From Hypanus sabinus (lineage: Eukaryota): DNA of 64,000 bases. The stretch is from contig NC_082708.1 of assembly GCF_030144855.1 (NCBI RefSeq), positions 123,566,001-123,630,000 on the forward strand, read 5' to 3'. Each line of letters begins with the position of its first letter. The first letter of the stretch is position 1. Below are positions 12,252-24,729 of the stretch, piece by piece. The notes below the pieces were generated by a model. It had not been told where the DNA came from. It saw only the letters and a program-made list of their open reading frames with translations, and ran no database searches. Made by a program: the position numbers and the translations under genes.

Positions 12252-12834
12252 GGCGGCACGGTAGCACAACGCTTTACAGTGCCGGTAACAGGGGCTCAGT
12301 TCCACCACTGCCCATGAGAAATCAGAATCATGTTTATTATCACCAACACCTGTCATGAGCAGTTCAATGCAATACATGATCATCTGGAAAAGAAAAAAGA
12401 TCAAGTAAGTAACTATATTTCAGGAAGTATGTATATTAAAAATAGTGCAAAGTGAGATAGTGTTCACGGGTTCAATGTCTGTTTAGGAATCGGATGGCAG
12501 AGGGGAAGAAGCTGTTCCTGAATCCCTGAGTGTGTGTCTTTAGGCTTCTGAATCTCCTACCTGATGGTAACAATATGAAGAGGGCATGTCCTGGGTGATG
12601 GGGGTCCTTAATAAGGAGCTTAATAAGGTCCTTAATGAGGAGCTTGTAATTGCACGAGTTTCCTCCAGGTGCTCCGATTTCCTCCCATAGTCCAAAGACA
12701 TACTGGTCGGTAGGTTAATTGGCCATTGTGAATTGTCCCGTGATTAGGCTAGGGTTATACCGGGGGTTGCTGGGGAGCACAGCTCAAAGGGCCAAAATGG
12801 TCAATTCTGCTCCGTATTTCAATATACAAATAAA
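12252..12834 (+). mobile_element. tRNA-derived SINE (HE1-like), split by a minus-strand Rex1/Babar 3'-UTR fragment at about 12321-12615
   Basis: Head ggcggcacggtagcacaacgc; body gtttcctccaggtgctccgatttcctcccatagtccaaagac...ggtaggttaattggccattg; interrupted by an atcagaatc tail block. Confidence 0.7.
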
Positions 12835-12874
12835 AGATGTCAGAATCAGAGTCAGATTTATTAACATTGGCACA

Positions 12875-13424
12875 CACTGACTGGCCATTTTATTAGATAC
12901 ACTGTACACCTGTTCATTAATGTAAATATCTAATCAGCCAATCATATGGTAGCAACTCAATGCATGAAAACATGCAGACGTGGTGAAGAGGTTCAGTTGT
13001 TGCTCAGACCGAACATCAGAATGGGGAAGAAACGTGATCTAAGTGACTTTGACCATGGGGTGATTGTTGGTGCCAGTCGGGGTGGTCTGATTATCTCAGA
13101 AACTGCTGATCTCCTAGGATTTTCATGCACAACAGTTTCCAGAGTCTACAGAGAATGGTGAGAAGAATGAAAAGCACCCAGTGAACGGCAGTTCTGTGGG
13201 CAAAAATGCCCTGTTAATGAGAGAGGCCAGAGGAGAATGGTTAGTCTAGTTGAAGCTGACAGGAAGACGACGGTAACTGTTCCAACAGCGGTGTGTTAAG
13301 AACATCTCTGAATACACAACATGCCGAGACTTGGAGCTGATGGGCTACAGCAGCAGAAGACCACGGACATACACTCAGTCGCCTCTTTATCGGGGATAAC
13401 CGACTAAAGGGGGCACTGAGTGTA
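12875..13424 (+). mobile_element. Tc1/mariner-derived internally deleted DNA transposon
   Basis: Left TIR-like cactgactggccattttattag; right end taaagggggcactgagtg+TA; paired-like HTH remnant MGKKRDLSDFDHGVIVGA...ISETADLLGFSCTTVSRVYREW. Confidence 0.85.
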
Positions 13425-14582
13425 TGTTGTGAAATCTGTTGCTTTGTGGCAGCAGCAGTGTGCAGACATAAAAATCTACTACAAGTTACCATAAAAATTA
13501 ATAAATTAATAGCTGCAAAAGAGGTACTTGAGGTAGTGTACATTGTCTATTCAGAAATCTGATGGCAGAAGGGAAGAAGCTCTTCTTAAAACATTTAGTG
13601 TGGGTCTTCAGGCTGCAGTATCTGCAACATAGTGTCCGAACTCCAGTACTCAGAGTGCTGAATGCCTTTTCCACCACCCTGTCTATCCGTGACACTGCTT
13701 TCCACGAACTGCGCCCTTGCACTTCTCAGGCCTGTCAGTTACGACTGCAAATCGGTAGAGGAATTTGTTGGTGCATGAGGTTTGCTAATTTTTCTTTAGA
13801 CTGTGTTTATTTTAAACAATGCACTGAAAGCTGGAGGGACTCAGTGTGTCAGGCAGCAAGTATGGACAGTCAACATTTCAGGTCAAGGCCTCTCACCAGC
13901 ACAGGAATTTTTATGTTTATGTTTGGGAATAGTTATTTAGACATCTGCAGTGAAGAACCTGAACTTGGATTAGATGGAAAGACCTGTGAAAGGCTCTGAA
14001 CTTGGTTGGACACTCATTTTAAGTTAGCCACGCCATGGAAGGTATTGGGTGACTTATGGGAACGGTTCAATGGAGAGACTTTCGGTGAATAGGGTGTTCC
14101 TCACTGCAACCAAAATCATGAAGTTTTCCAACGATCCAATTTTGCAGAGAAAATGGACAATCATTATGAATGGAACTGCTGCAGATGTCAATGAAATCTT
14201 TAAGAATTCTCTCATTTATATATTATACCACCAAAAACTAATTCCAGTAAGATGGTGACGCATATACACACAGTGGCCTCTCAGGGGCCAACCAAAGGTG
14301 CCTTTTTCTGTGTTAAATATATTTTTAGATATAGTAATACTATTCTTTACTCTAATACCAATCTGTACAGCAGGTCCATCACAAAAGTGAGCTGCTCAAT
14401 ACTTGGAGTACCTGGCTAGAGTGTGGTAAGAGTTGGCCGTCGGTGTTGAGAAGGTGAGTTGGCCCTTCAGTCTGGGGAGGTTGAATCAGACCATTGGGCT
14501 TTGGGATTCAAGCCATAGTGCCCTCAGGCCATCGGGCTGGGGTTGTCAAGACAGGCCGTTGAGCCTGGAGAGTCAAGTTAGG

Positions 14583-14960
14583 CTGTCAAGCCGGGGGATT
14601 TGAGTTATCTGTCAGGCCGGGGGATTTGAGTTGGGCTGTCAGGCCGGGGGATTTGAGTTGGGCTGTTGGGCTGGGGGATTTGAGTTGGGCTGTTGGGCCG
14701 GGGGGTTTGAGTTGGGCTGTCGGGCTGGGGGATTTGAGTTATGCTGTCAGGCCGGGGGATTTGAGTTGGGCTGTCAGGCCGGGGGATTTGAGTTGGGCTG
14801 TTGGGCTGGGGGATTTGAGTTGGGCTGTTGGGCCGGGGGGTTTGAGTTGGGCTGTTGGGCTGGGGGATTTGAGTTATGCTGTCAGGCCGGGGGATTTGAG
14901 TTGGGCTGTTGGGCTGGGGTTTTTGAGTTGGGCTGTTGGGCTGGGGGATTTGAGTTGGGG
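14583..14960 (+). repeat. G-rich 27-bp minisatellite (about 14 units, consensus TGAGTTGGGCTGT(C/T)(A/G)GGC(C/T)GGGGGATT)
   Basis: TGAGTT recurs at 14601, 14627 and then every 27 nt to 14951. Confidence 0.95.
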
Positions 14961-15569
14961 TTGGCCTCACCTGTTGATGCTGCCCTCCAGTGTTGGATCG
15001 GTGGAATTACAGGCTGGGAGCCATCAATTTGCAGGATTGATGCTCAGGAACTTGGCCTAAAAATCTGTTTTCTTACGTGACGACTTTTGTGTTATTTTGA
15101 ATGCATATGCATGCTTTTGCACCTTGGCCTCAAAGGAATGCTGTCTCAGTCAGCTATATCCGTATATGACTTGAATGATAATTAAACCAAATTTGATTTT
15201 TTGATTTTTAAATACATTGCTGTTTTGGTAATTTCCAGAGGAGCGCAGTGCAAGGGCACTGAAAGAGTGAAATACTGAACCTTGGAAAGGCATAGCACAG
15301 CACTGGTCCAATGGCAACATGGTGTGGATGCACACACAACATACACACACATCCTAAGCCATATACCCGCACACATACACACATGCCCTAAACTGCACAC
15401 AAAACACAGACACACTGAAATGTGGATATCAGGCATGAATTTGCTTGCAAGATCAGACCCATTGGTTGTGCCTGATAAAAAAAATTCTGACTCTGCAAGA
15501 GGCCATGGCAATTTAGGTCATATCAAAGTTCTAAGTACATTTATTATCAAAAAATGTATACTTATACGA

Positions 15570-15860
15570 CCATAAGACATAGGAGCAGAAATAAGCCATT
15601 TGGCCCATTGAGTCTGCTCCGCTATTCAATCATAGCTGATCCTTTTTCCCCTCCTCAGTCCCACTCCACAGCCTTGTCTCCATAACCTTTGATGCCATGT
15701 CCAATCAAGAACCTATCAATCTCTGCTTTAAATAGCCTAGCCTCCACAGATGCCTGTGGTAATAAATTCCACAAATTCACCACCCTCTGGCTAAAGAAAC
15801 ATCTCTGCATCTCTGTTTTAAATGGACACCCCTCTATGAGGCTATGCCCTCTTGTCCTGT
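15570..15860 (-). mobile_element. CR1 3' UTR/end fragment
   Basis: cataagacataggagcag tail and reverse-complement CR1 terminal ORF2 sequence. Confidence 0.75.
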
Positions 15861-15864
15861 GGCT

Positions 15865-16535
15865 CAGAAGGGTAGGGAAAGGAAGAGGAAGGCAGTAGTG
15901 ATAGGGAACTCTATAGAGACAGGCGATTCTGTGGATGCAGGAAAGAAACTCGGATGGTAGTTTGCTTCCCAGGTGCCAAGGTCCGGGATGTTTCAGATCA
16001 CGTCCATGATATCCTGCAGTGGGAGGGAGAACAGCCAGAGGTCGTGGTATATATTGGTATCAATGACATAAGTAGGAAAAGGGAAGAGGTCCTGAAAAAA
16101 GGACTACAGGGAATTAGGAAGGAAGTTGAGAAGCAGGACCGCAAAGGTAGTAATCTCGAGATTACTGTCTGTGCCACGTGATAGTGAGAATAGGAATAGA
16201 ATGAGGTGGAGGATAAATGCATGGCTGAGGGATTGGAGCAGGGGGCAGAGATTCAGATTTCTGGATCATTGGGACCTCTTTTGGGGCAGGTGTGACCTGT
16301 ACAAAAAGGATGGGTTATATTTGAATCCCAGGGGGACCAATATCCTGGCAGAAAGGTTTGCTATGGCTGCTGGGGAGAGTTTAAACTACAATTGTTGGAG
16401 GGTGGGAACTGAACTGAAGAGACTGGGGAAGAGGAAGTTGGCTCACAAATAGAGAAAGCTCGTAGACAGTGTGAGAGAGAGGATAGGCAGGTGATAGAGA
16501 AGGGACGTGCTCAGATGAAGGTTTGAGATGAGTCA
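15865..16535 (+). mobile_element. CR1 ORF1 fragment (SGNH esterase-like)
   Basis: MVVCFPGAKVRDVSDHVHDILQWEGEQPEVVVYIGINDI and DHWDLFWGRCDLYKKDGLYLNPRGTNILA. Confidence 0.85.
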
Positions 16536-16621
16536 TACCTCAGTGGTTGGTAAATTGGTGGAAAAGATCCTTACAGGCAGGATTTACAAACATTTGGAGA
16601 GGTATAATATGAAATTACTAG

Positions 16622-18780
16622 GCTTACCCATAGCCCTCTATTTTACTAAGATCCATGTACCTGTCTAAAAGTCTCTTAAAAGACCCTATCATATCCGCCT
16701 CCACCACCATTGCCGGCAGCCCATTCCACGCACTTACCACTTTCTGCGTAAAAAACTTACCCCTGACATCTCCTCTGTACCTACTTCCCAGCACCTTAAA
16801 CCTGTGTCCTCTTGTGGCAACCATTTCAGCCCTGGGAAAAAGCCTCTGAATATCCACACGATCAATGCCTCTCATCATCTTATACATCTCTATCAGGTCA
16901 CCTCTCATCCTCTGTCGCTTCAAGGAGAACAGGCCGAGTTCACTCAACCTATTCTCATAAGGCATGCCCCTCAATCCAGGCAACATCCTTGTAAATCTCC
17001 TCTGCACCATTTCTATGGTTTCCACATCCTTCCTGTAGTGAGGCGACCAGAACTGAGCACAGTACTCCAAGTGGGGTCTGACCAGGATCCTATATAGCTG
17101 CAACATTACCTCTCAGCTTCTAAATTCAAGTCCACGATCGATGAAGGCCAATACACCGTACACCTTCTTAACCACAGAGTCAACCTGCGCAGCAGCCTTG
17201 AGTGTCCTATGGACTCGGACCCCAAGATCCCTCTAATCATCCATACTACCAAGAGTCTTACCATTAATATTATATTCTGCCTACCAAAAAGCCTAGCATG
17301 GAGTACCTTATCATCAGGGTCCTTTTACACTTGCAGTTTCATAATTCAACCAATAAGGATTCAACATCTTCTGATTCTTTGTCATATCTCTCTACTGATC
17401 TGATGCGATTCTTTACCAGCAGAAACATGCCACCCACTCTGTCTAACTTCCTATCCCTCTGATACAACGTGTAACCTCGGACATTCAGCTCCCAACTACA
17501 ACCATCCTTCAGCCATGATTCAGTGATGCGCACAACATCATACCTGACAATTTGCAATAGTGCAACAAGATCATCCACCTTATTTCTTATACTCCATGCA
17601 TTGAGATATAACACTTAGAGTACTGTATTTGCTGCCCTTTTTGATTCTGCATCCCTAATGCACTGATCCTCACCGTGCTGGCTGCAAATTTGTCCAGTCA
17701 TCTGCCTGTCCTTGCTGACAGTCTGACTGCGTGCTATCTTTGCTTTTTTATCATCCATACTATCCTGAATCCCTTCACTCCAGTTCCCACCCTCTGGCCA
17801 AATTAGTTTAAACCCTCCCCAACAGCTCTAACAGACCTGCCCGAGAGAATATTGGTCCCCCTCGGGTTCAGGTGCAACCCATCACTTTTGAGCAGGGTGT
17901 AACTCTCCACACCCCAGAAGAGATCCCAGTTATCGAAGATGCTGAAGCCCTGCCCCCTTCACCAGTCTCTCAGCCACGTATTTATCTGCCAGATCATCCT
18001 GTTTCTACCCTCACTGGTGTATGGCACAGGCAGCAATCCAGAAATTAATACCCGGGAGGTCCTGCTTCTCAGCTTTCTACCTGGCTCTCTCAATTCTCTT
18101 TTCAGGATCTCATTGCTTTTCCTTCCTATGTTATTGGTATCAATATGTACCAAGACATCTGGCCGGTCTCCCTCTCCCTCCAAAATGCTGTGATCGTGAT
18201 CCGAGACGTCCTGACCCTGGCACCATGGAGGCAACATACCATTCAGGTGTTCTGTTCATGTCCACAGTATCTCCAGTCTACTTAGCTGACTATTGGGTCC
18301 CCTATCACTATCGCTCCTCTTTGACTGATTATTCCTCACTCTTCTGTACAAGCCGAAGGTCATCCAGTTGCTGCTCCAGATCCCGAACACAGAGCTGCAG
18401 CCCGATGCACTTCATGCAGATGTAGTTTCCTGCGAGACTCTGACACTTGCAGGACAATAACCTCCAGCATGAAGAACACATCGGCCATTTACTACACTAG
18501 GTACAGTAAGAGAGAAGAGAGAGGAACCTTAATAGAAACTTACCCAGAGCCAATACCTCTTTCGAGCTGAAGCCTCCTTTGAGTCAAAGCCTGACACTCC
18601 TACTCTCACCACTGGCCTACTCCCAACCATGGCTGCCCTGACAACGGCCGCTCTGTTTGTCCCTTTTGTACTTCTAAACAAGCGTTGCCGACCTGCGAGA
18701 AACCTCAGCACTGTGACCTGCTCCTGCCGCTGATTGGAGCTTTGGAATACACCTTTTAGATTCATCTTCTTGCAGGCAGC
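16622..18780 (-). mobile_element. CR1 LINE with large internal ORF2 deletion (5' UTR, ORF1 esterase, endonuclease start, RT C-terminus)
   Basis: ORFs 17959..18237 (esterase), 17339..17614 (LYLNAWSIRNK endonuclease start) and 16624..17106 (RPHLEYCAQFWSP); most of ORF2 is missing near 17285. Confidence 0.85.
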
Positions 18781-20349
18781 CACTAAACAAAGAAACACAA
18801 TAACCCCCCCCCCCCCCCCACACTGCAAACTCCGTCAAATGTCCAACCTGTGAACAGATTGTGCGAACAATAAAAAAGTGAACAAATAGCGCAGTCTCCG
18901 AAAGTAAACCCACAGCCATGGAGCCGGCTGTGAGCCAAACGCCAGTTTGGTTTTGCTCTCTGGCCTGGGCCCAGCTGCTGCGATCCAGCCCCAAGTCTGT
19001 TCCAGCAGTGGCCACCACGACAATATCTGCATTCTCGTGAGTCCGGTTCACTGAATCATTCAGAATAGCGCAAAAATGCCATGTCGCACAGACGGTTTGA
19101 AAACAGAACTCACAAAGGGAAATTACAGGCTGTGGATTGCAGTGGTCATAGTCCATCAAAAGTCTAATTAGTAGACCAGTTAGTGGTTCGGTTTGTTGAC
19201 TGGAAGGTGTGAAATGAGGCAAAAATATATGAGGTCATTCCTACCCTAGGCCATTAGGCTCTATAATGAGTCAACCTACAGCTGGAAAGCGATGACCCCC
19301 CTCCTGTTAAATTGTTTGTGGTAACTTATTTTTGACTCTGAGGAATTGGTGCAAGGGGCAGTATTTGTGTCTAAGTGAAGACTCTTTACCACAGAATAAT
19401 TGAGTTATGGCCTTTTGCAAAATCTTACCCAAGGCCTTTGCACAATCGAGAGTAATTCAATTCATGGCCTATTATAAGCATTGGCAAGTCGATTCACCAA
19501 TCTTACAAAATCATAAGTGATTAACTAACAAGAGAAGAAAGGCATGTTTGATGGTTATTTTTCTAATGATCGTTCTGAGGTGTAAAGTCAGTGAAGTAAT
19601 ACCTGGTTACCAGAAGAGAAACAAAGACTGGAAATGTAAAAACAAATACTGGCAGAGCTGGTTATCGCTGTTGAATATGGAAGGTTAAATTGCGCCCTGA
19701 CATAAAATAAGGTGTTGTTTTTTGAGCTTTGATGGAACTGCAGAGACGGCCAACTACAGAGAGTTCAGAGTGGGAGTGAGATGCGGAATTAAAACGAGAG
19801 TGCTTTGCAAAAGTGTCCCAAGGTTCAATATCAAGCATTCCTGCGATCTTACTATTTGTGAATGAGAAGAGCATGGATTTTTAAGCCAGCTCCTTACAAA
19901 TCAAGCTCCTTCCCCAGCATGCTCTGAGTCACCCATTCAAGATAACCTAATGTGTTTTAAACCGCTGCCCACACCCATGGAGCAATCTTTACCTTCTGCA
20001 TTTCTGTTTTGCGTTTGGGATTTTGTTCGTTTACTTACAGAATGTCTGATTAGATATTGTTCCCTGAAACGTTTTTTTTATCACTGTCACCACAGGTCAG
20101 TTTGATAGTTTGATAAAAGTGAGTTTGAGCAACAAGCAAGTTTATGCAACTTTTCAATATTTCCCTGAATATTAATTTTGAACTCTGCCTAACAATGGGA
20201 CTTGAGTAACGTCCCATATGTTGTTCAGCTGTCAAGGTACCATTCTAAATTATACCCATGAGGTGACTGGCTTATAAACGGTGCTGCCGCCACTGATAAT
20301 CATAGCCTATGCCTCATCAGGACAAAACCTCTCTGGGAAATACACAGGA

Positions 20350-23075
20350 TGCTATAAGATCATAAGACATAGGAGCAAAATTAGGCTTTTCACCCATTGA
20401 GTCTGCTCTGCCATTTCATCATGTCTGATCCCAGATTCCACTCAACCCCATACACCTGCCTTCTCACCATATCCTTTGATCCCCTGACCGATCAGGAAAC
20501 TATCAACTTTTGCCTTAAATATACCCACAGACTTGGCATCCACCTCAGTCTGTGGCAGACCATTCTACGGATTAACTACTCTCTGGCTGAAAAACTGTCC
20601 TCATGCCTCAATTTTGAGGATGTGCCCTCTAGATCTGGATACACCCACCATAGGAAACATCCACTCCACATCCACCCTATCTAGCCTTTCAACATTCAGT
20701 AGGTTTCAATGAGATCCCATCTCCCCCACATTCTTCTAAATTCTAGTGAGTACAGGCCCAAAGTGGCCAAACACTCCTCAGATGTTAACCCCTTCATTCC
20801 CAGAATCATTGTCATGAGCCTCCTCTGGACTCTCCAATGACAACACATTCTTTCTGAGATATGGAGTCCAAAACTGTTGTCAATACTCCAAGTATGGCCG
20901 GACTAGTGTCTCATAAAGGCTCAGCATTATCTCATTGCTTTTATATTCTATTCCCCTTGAAATAAATGCCAACATTGCATTTACCTCCTTTACCACAGAC
21001 TTAATCTGTAAATTAACCTTCTGGGAGTCTTGCATGAGGATTCCTAAGTCCCTCTGCACCCCTGATGTTTGAACCTTCTCCCCATTTAGATAATAGTCTG
21101 CACTATTGTTCCTTTTACCAAAATGTATTATCATATATTTCCCAACACTGTATTACATCTGCCACTTTTTGCCCATTCTTCCAATTTGTCTAATTCCTGC
21201 TGCAATTGCATTGCTTCCGCAGCACTACCTACACCTCATCTATCTTCTGATCATCTGCAAACTTTGCCAAAAAGCTATTAATTCCATTATCCAAATCACT
21301 GACAAACAATGTGAAAATCAGCAGTCCCAATACTGACCCCTGAGGAACACCACTAATCATTGGCAGCCAACCAGAAAAGGCCACTTTATTCCCACTCGCA
21401 GCCTCCTGGCTGTCCGCTATTCTGCTACCCATGCCAGTATCTTTCCTGTAACGCCGTAGGATTTTATCCAGTTAAACTGCCTCATGTATGGCATCTTATC
21501 AAACACCTTCTGAAAATCCAAGTAAATGACATCCACTGCCTTTCCTTTGTTCACCCTGCTTGTTACTTCCTCAAACAACTCTAACAGATTTGTCAGGCAA
21601 GATTTCCCTTTACAGAAACCATGTTGACTTTGATATATTTTATCATTAGTTTCCAAGTACCTCAAAACCTCGTTCTTAATAGTAGACTCCAACACTTCCC
21701 CAATCACTGAGGTTAGGTTAAATGGCCTAATTTCCTTACTTTTGCCTTCCTCCCTTCTTAAAGAGTGGAGTGACATTTGCAATTTTCCAGTCCTCTGGGA
21801 CCATGCCAGAATCAAGTGGTTCTTGAAAGATCCTGACCAATGCATGTGTTACCTCTTCAGCAACCTCTCTCAGGACTCTGGGATGTAGTCCATCTGGTCC
21901 AGGTGACTTATCCAGCTTAAGACCTTTCAGTTTGCCTAGCACATTCTCCTTTGTAATAGCGATGGCCCTCACTCCTGTTCCCTGACACTAATGGACCTCT
22001 GGCACACTGCTAGTGTCTTCCACAGTAAAGGCAGACACAAGGTACCCATTAAGTCCATCTGCCATTTCTTTGTCCCCTGCTACTACCTCACCAGCATCAT
22101 TTTCCAGTGGTCCAATATTAACTCTCACCTGCCTTTTACTCTTTATATACCGGTAACTGAAAAACTTTTGCTGTTCTGCTTTATATTATTGGTTAATTTG
22201 CCCTCATATTTCATCTTTTCACTTCTTGTAGCTTTATAGTTGCCTTTTGTTGGTTTTTAAAAGCCTCCCAATCATCTTCCCACTCACTTTTGCTATCTTA
22301 TATGCCCTTTCCTTGGCTTTTATGCAGTCCTCAATTTCCCTTGTCAGCCATGGTTGCTGACCCCTGCCATTTGAGAACTTATTTCTCTGTGGGACATGTC
22401 TATCCTGCGTCTTGTGATCTATTCCCAGAAACTTCAGCCACCTCTGCTCTGCCATCATCCCCGCCAGCATCCTCCTCCAATCCACCTGGGCAAGCTCTTC
22501 TCTCATGCCTCGGTAATTCCCTTTATTCCATTGCGATACTGATACATGCAACTTGTGCTTCTCCCTCTCATATTGTAGTATAAATTCAATCGTATTATGA
22601 TCCTCCTAAGGGTTCCTTTATGTTAAGCTCCCTAATAAGATCTAGGTTATTACAAAGGCCCAATCTAAGATGGCCTTTCCCCAAGCAGGCTGAAGCACAA
22701 GCTGCTCTAAGAAGCCATCTCGTAGGCATTCAACAAACTCCCCTTCTTGCAATCTGACACCAACTTGATTTTCCCAATCCCCTAGGATATTGAAGCTCCC
22801 TATTACAACTCTGTCATCACCCTTATTATATGCTTTTTCCAGCTCCCTTTGCAATCTCAACCCCATATCAAGGCTACTATTTGGAGGTCTATATATGATT
22901 CCTATAATGGGTTTTTTACCCTTAACTCCACCCACAAAGATCTGACATTCTCTGACCCTATGTCACCTCTCTCCAAAGATGAAATTCCGTCTCTTACCAA
23001 TAGAGTAACACCACTGCCTTTGCCTTCCTTCCTGTCCTTTTGATACCAAGAATACCCTTTGATGTTAAGCTCCTG
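20350..23075 (-). mobile_element. Degenerate CR1 ORF2 (endonuclease to 3' UTR)
   Basis: IIYRPPNSS, KSPGPDGLHPRVL, QHGFCKGKSCLTNLL, VPQGSVLG and RPYLEY spread across broken frames; cataagacatagg tail at 20350. Confidence 0.9.
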
Positions 23076-24289
23076 TTCTAGGAAGAATGTGCATGTGCAT
23101 CTACTGACCTTGTGTAACGTTTGAGCAGGGAATCATGACACGTTGCTACCAAGGCAACTCCAACAGAGCTCAGCAGTGGAACAGAAACAGCTCACAAAAT
23201 GTATGTCAAGAAGAAGTTCTGAAAGGTTCCCTATTGGCGCTGCCTGGAAGGATCACACAATCCATAGGGGTAGAAATAACTGTTTATTGCGGCTTATTAC
23301 GAAGGATGTATTTTAGGGTTAGTGGAAATGTTAGTCTATGGGAGTGCTCGTAATCCTGTGATTGCTATACTATCTGGTGGCCTGGCTTTCCTATCTCTCA
23401 GGATTGATTCACTGAGAACAAAACAGGACACCCGAGTAAACAGAGCCCTCACCAGGAGGCTCCATCGCACAGACTCCTCAAGGACAAGTTCCCCTGGTTC
23501 TTCTGGAATGATAGTCAGCACGTGTGGTAGCTTTACCTCACCAAGGGGTCACAGCTGCTGTTTACAGATGAGCAGCCTCAAAGAAGGGGAAGACAGAATT
23601 GTCCATACCTCTTATGGATATTGTTCCTTTAAGCTTCAGTGTGACAGATTAACTTCAGTGTCTGAAATGAGCAAATTTTCTAACATTTTCGAATGCACAG
23701 GCACTGCTATGGAAGAGAGGCTGCTGAAGATCCCTATGTGAAAGGAATCAAAACCAGTGCACTGTAATATAGAATAAACAATATTACAAGCCCTGGCTCA
23801 TTTTCATGTAACTGACACTACTCAACAAATTCTACAGCCTGGCATTGTTCTTGTTTATCTAAGAGGCTGAGCAGTGGGGCCACAGGAAAGGACAACATAA
23901 CAGAGGTAGGGGAGAGTATGGAGGGAAGGTCTCTCAACAGAAAGCCCTATCCAAAACACACTTTCAGGAGCACTTTATCAAATTACCTTTGACAGAAGAA
24001 TAATTCAGGAGTGGACATTATTTCTTCATGGGAGTTCCCATAGTGATCAGCCACTTCCTGCAGCCAGACATTCACCCAGTCAGCAAGACAAAACCCTTTT
24101 GTAGTAGCAGGCAAAGAGACTACCACACTGAATAAAGTCCTAGGAACCAGCTGAGTAAGTGGACTAAGGGCATATAGAACACTAGATTTCCAAGCAGAAA
24201 AAATATGGTGTGGTGTATTTTGGTATGAAAAATGAAAAGTGATAAAAATTTGCTTACTGCCACAACAGGTCTACAGCAGACACCTTCTA

Positions 24290-24725
24290 ATTGGCTTTCC
24301 ACTCAGGTTGGTCCACCTGGACAGCGGTCATACCTACATCCGGTTGCTGTTTATGAATTGCAGCCCGACGTTCAACACCATCATCCACTCAATACTAACC
24401 AACCAGCTTCAAAATCTAGGTCTCTGTACACTCCTCTGGAATCTTGACTAACTCACCAGGAGACAACAGTCTCCTGTTGATCGGTGATAACATCTCCTCC
24501 TCGCTGACCATCAACAAGGCACACCTCAGGGATGCATGGTTAGCCCACTGCTCTACTCTTCTATGACGGGAGTGTGTGGCTAAGCACAACTCAAGTAACA
24601 TCTAAAAATTCAACAATTACACTACTGTTGTTGACAGAATCTCAGATGGCAACACGGAAGTATACAGGTGTGAGATAGATCAGCTAGTTTAGTGGTATCT
24701 CAACAACCTTGCACTCAAAATCAAT
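24290..24725 (+). mobile_element. Rex1/Babar RT fragment
   Basis: YIRLLFMNCSPTFNTII and a degenerate TINKAHLRDA(W)LAPLLYSL segment. Confidence 0.7.
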
Positions 24726-24729
24726 GAAA

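Noticed and set aside
14605-15080. ORFs of 121-149 aa with LSWAVGLGD, GCWAGGFEL or QIPQPNSPT repeats
   Set aside because: Translation artefacts of the 27-bp minisatellite; no splice signals or non-repeat domain.
15305-15420. CA-rich tract producing His/Thr- and Cys/Val-rich ORFs
   Set aside because: Degenerate (CA)n microsatellite, not coding.
19267-19931. Two AP-1 heptamers (TGAGTCA) in unique intergenic sequence
   Set aside because: Several such 7-mers are expected by chance in 64 kb; no conservation evidence is available.
20050-20235. Minus-strand IVRQSSKLIFREILKS, reminiscent of a chemokine N-loop
   Set aside because: No CxC motif and no compatible splice sites.
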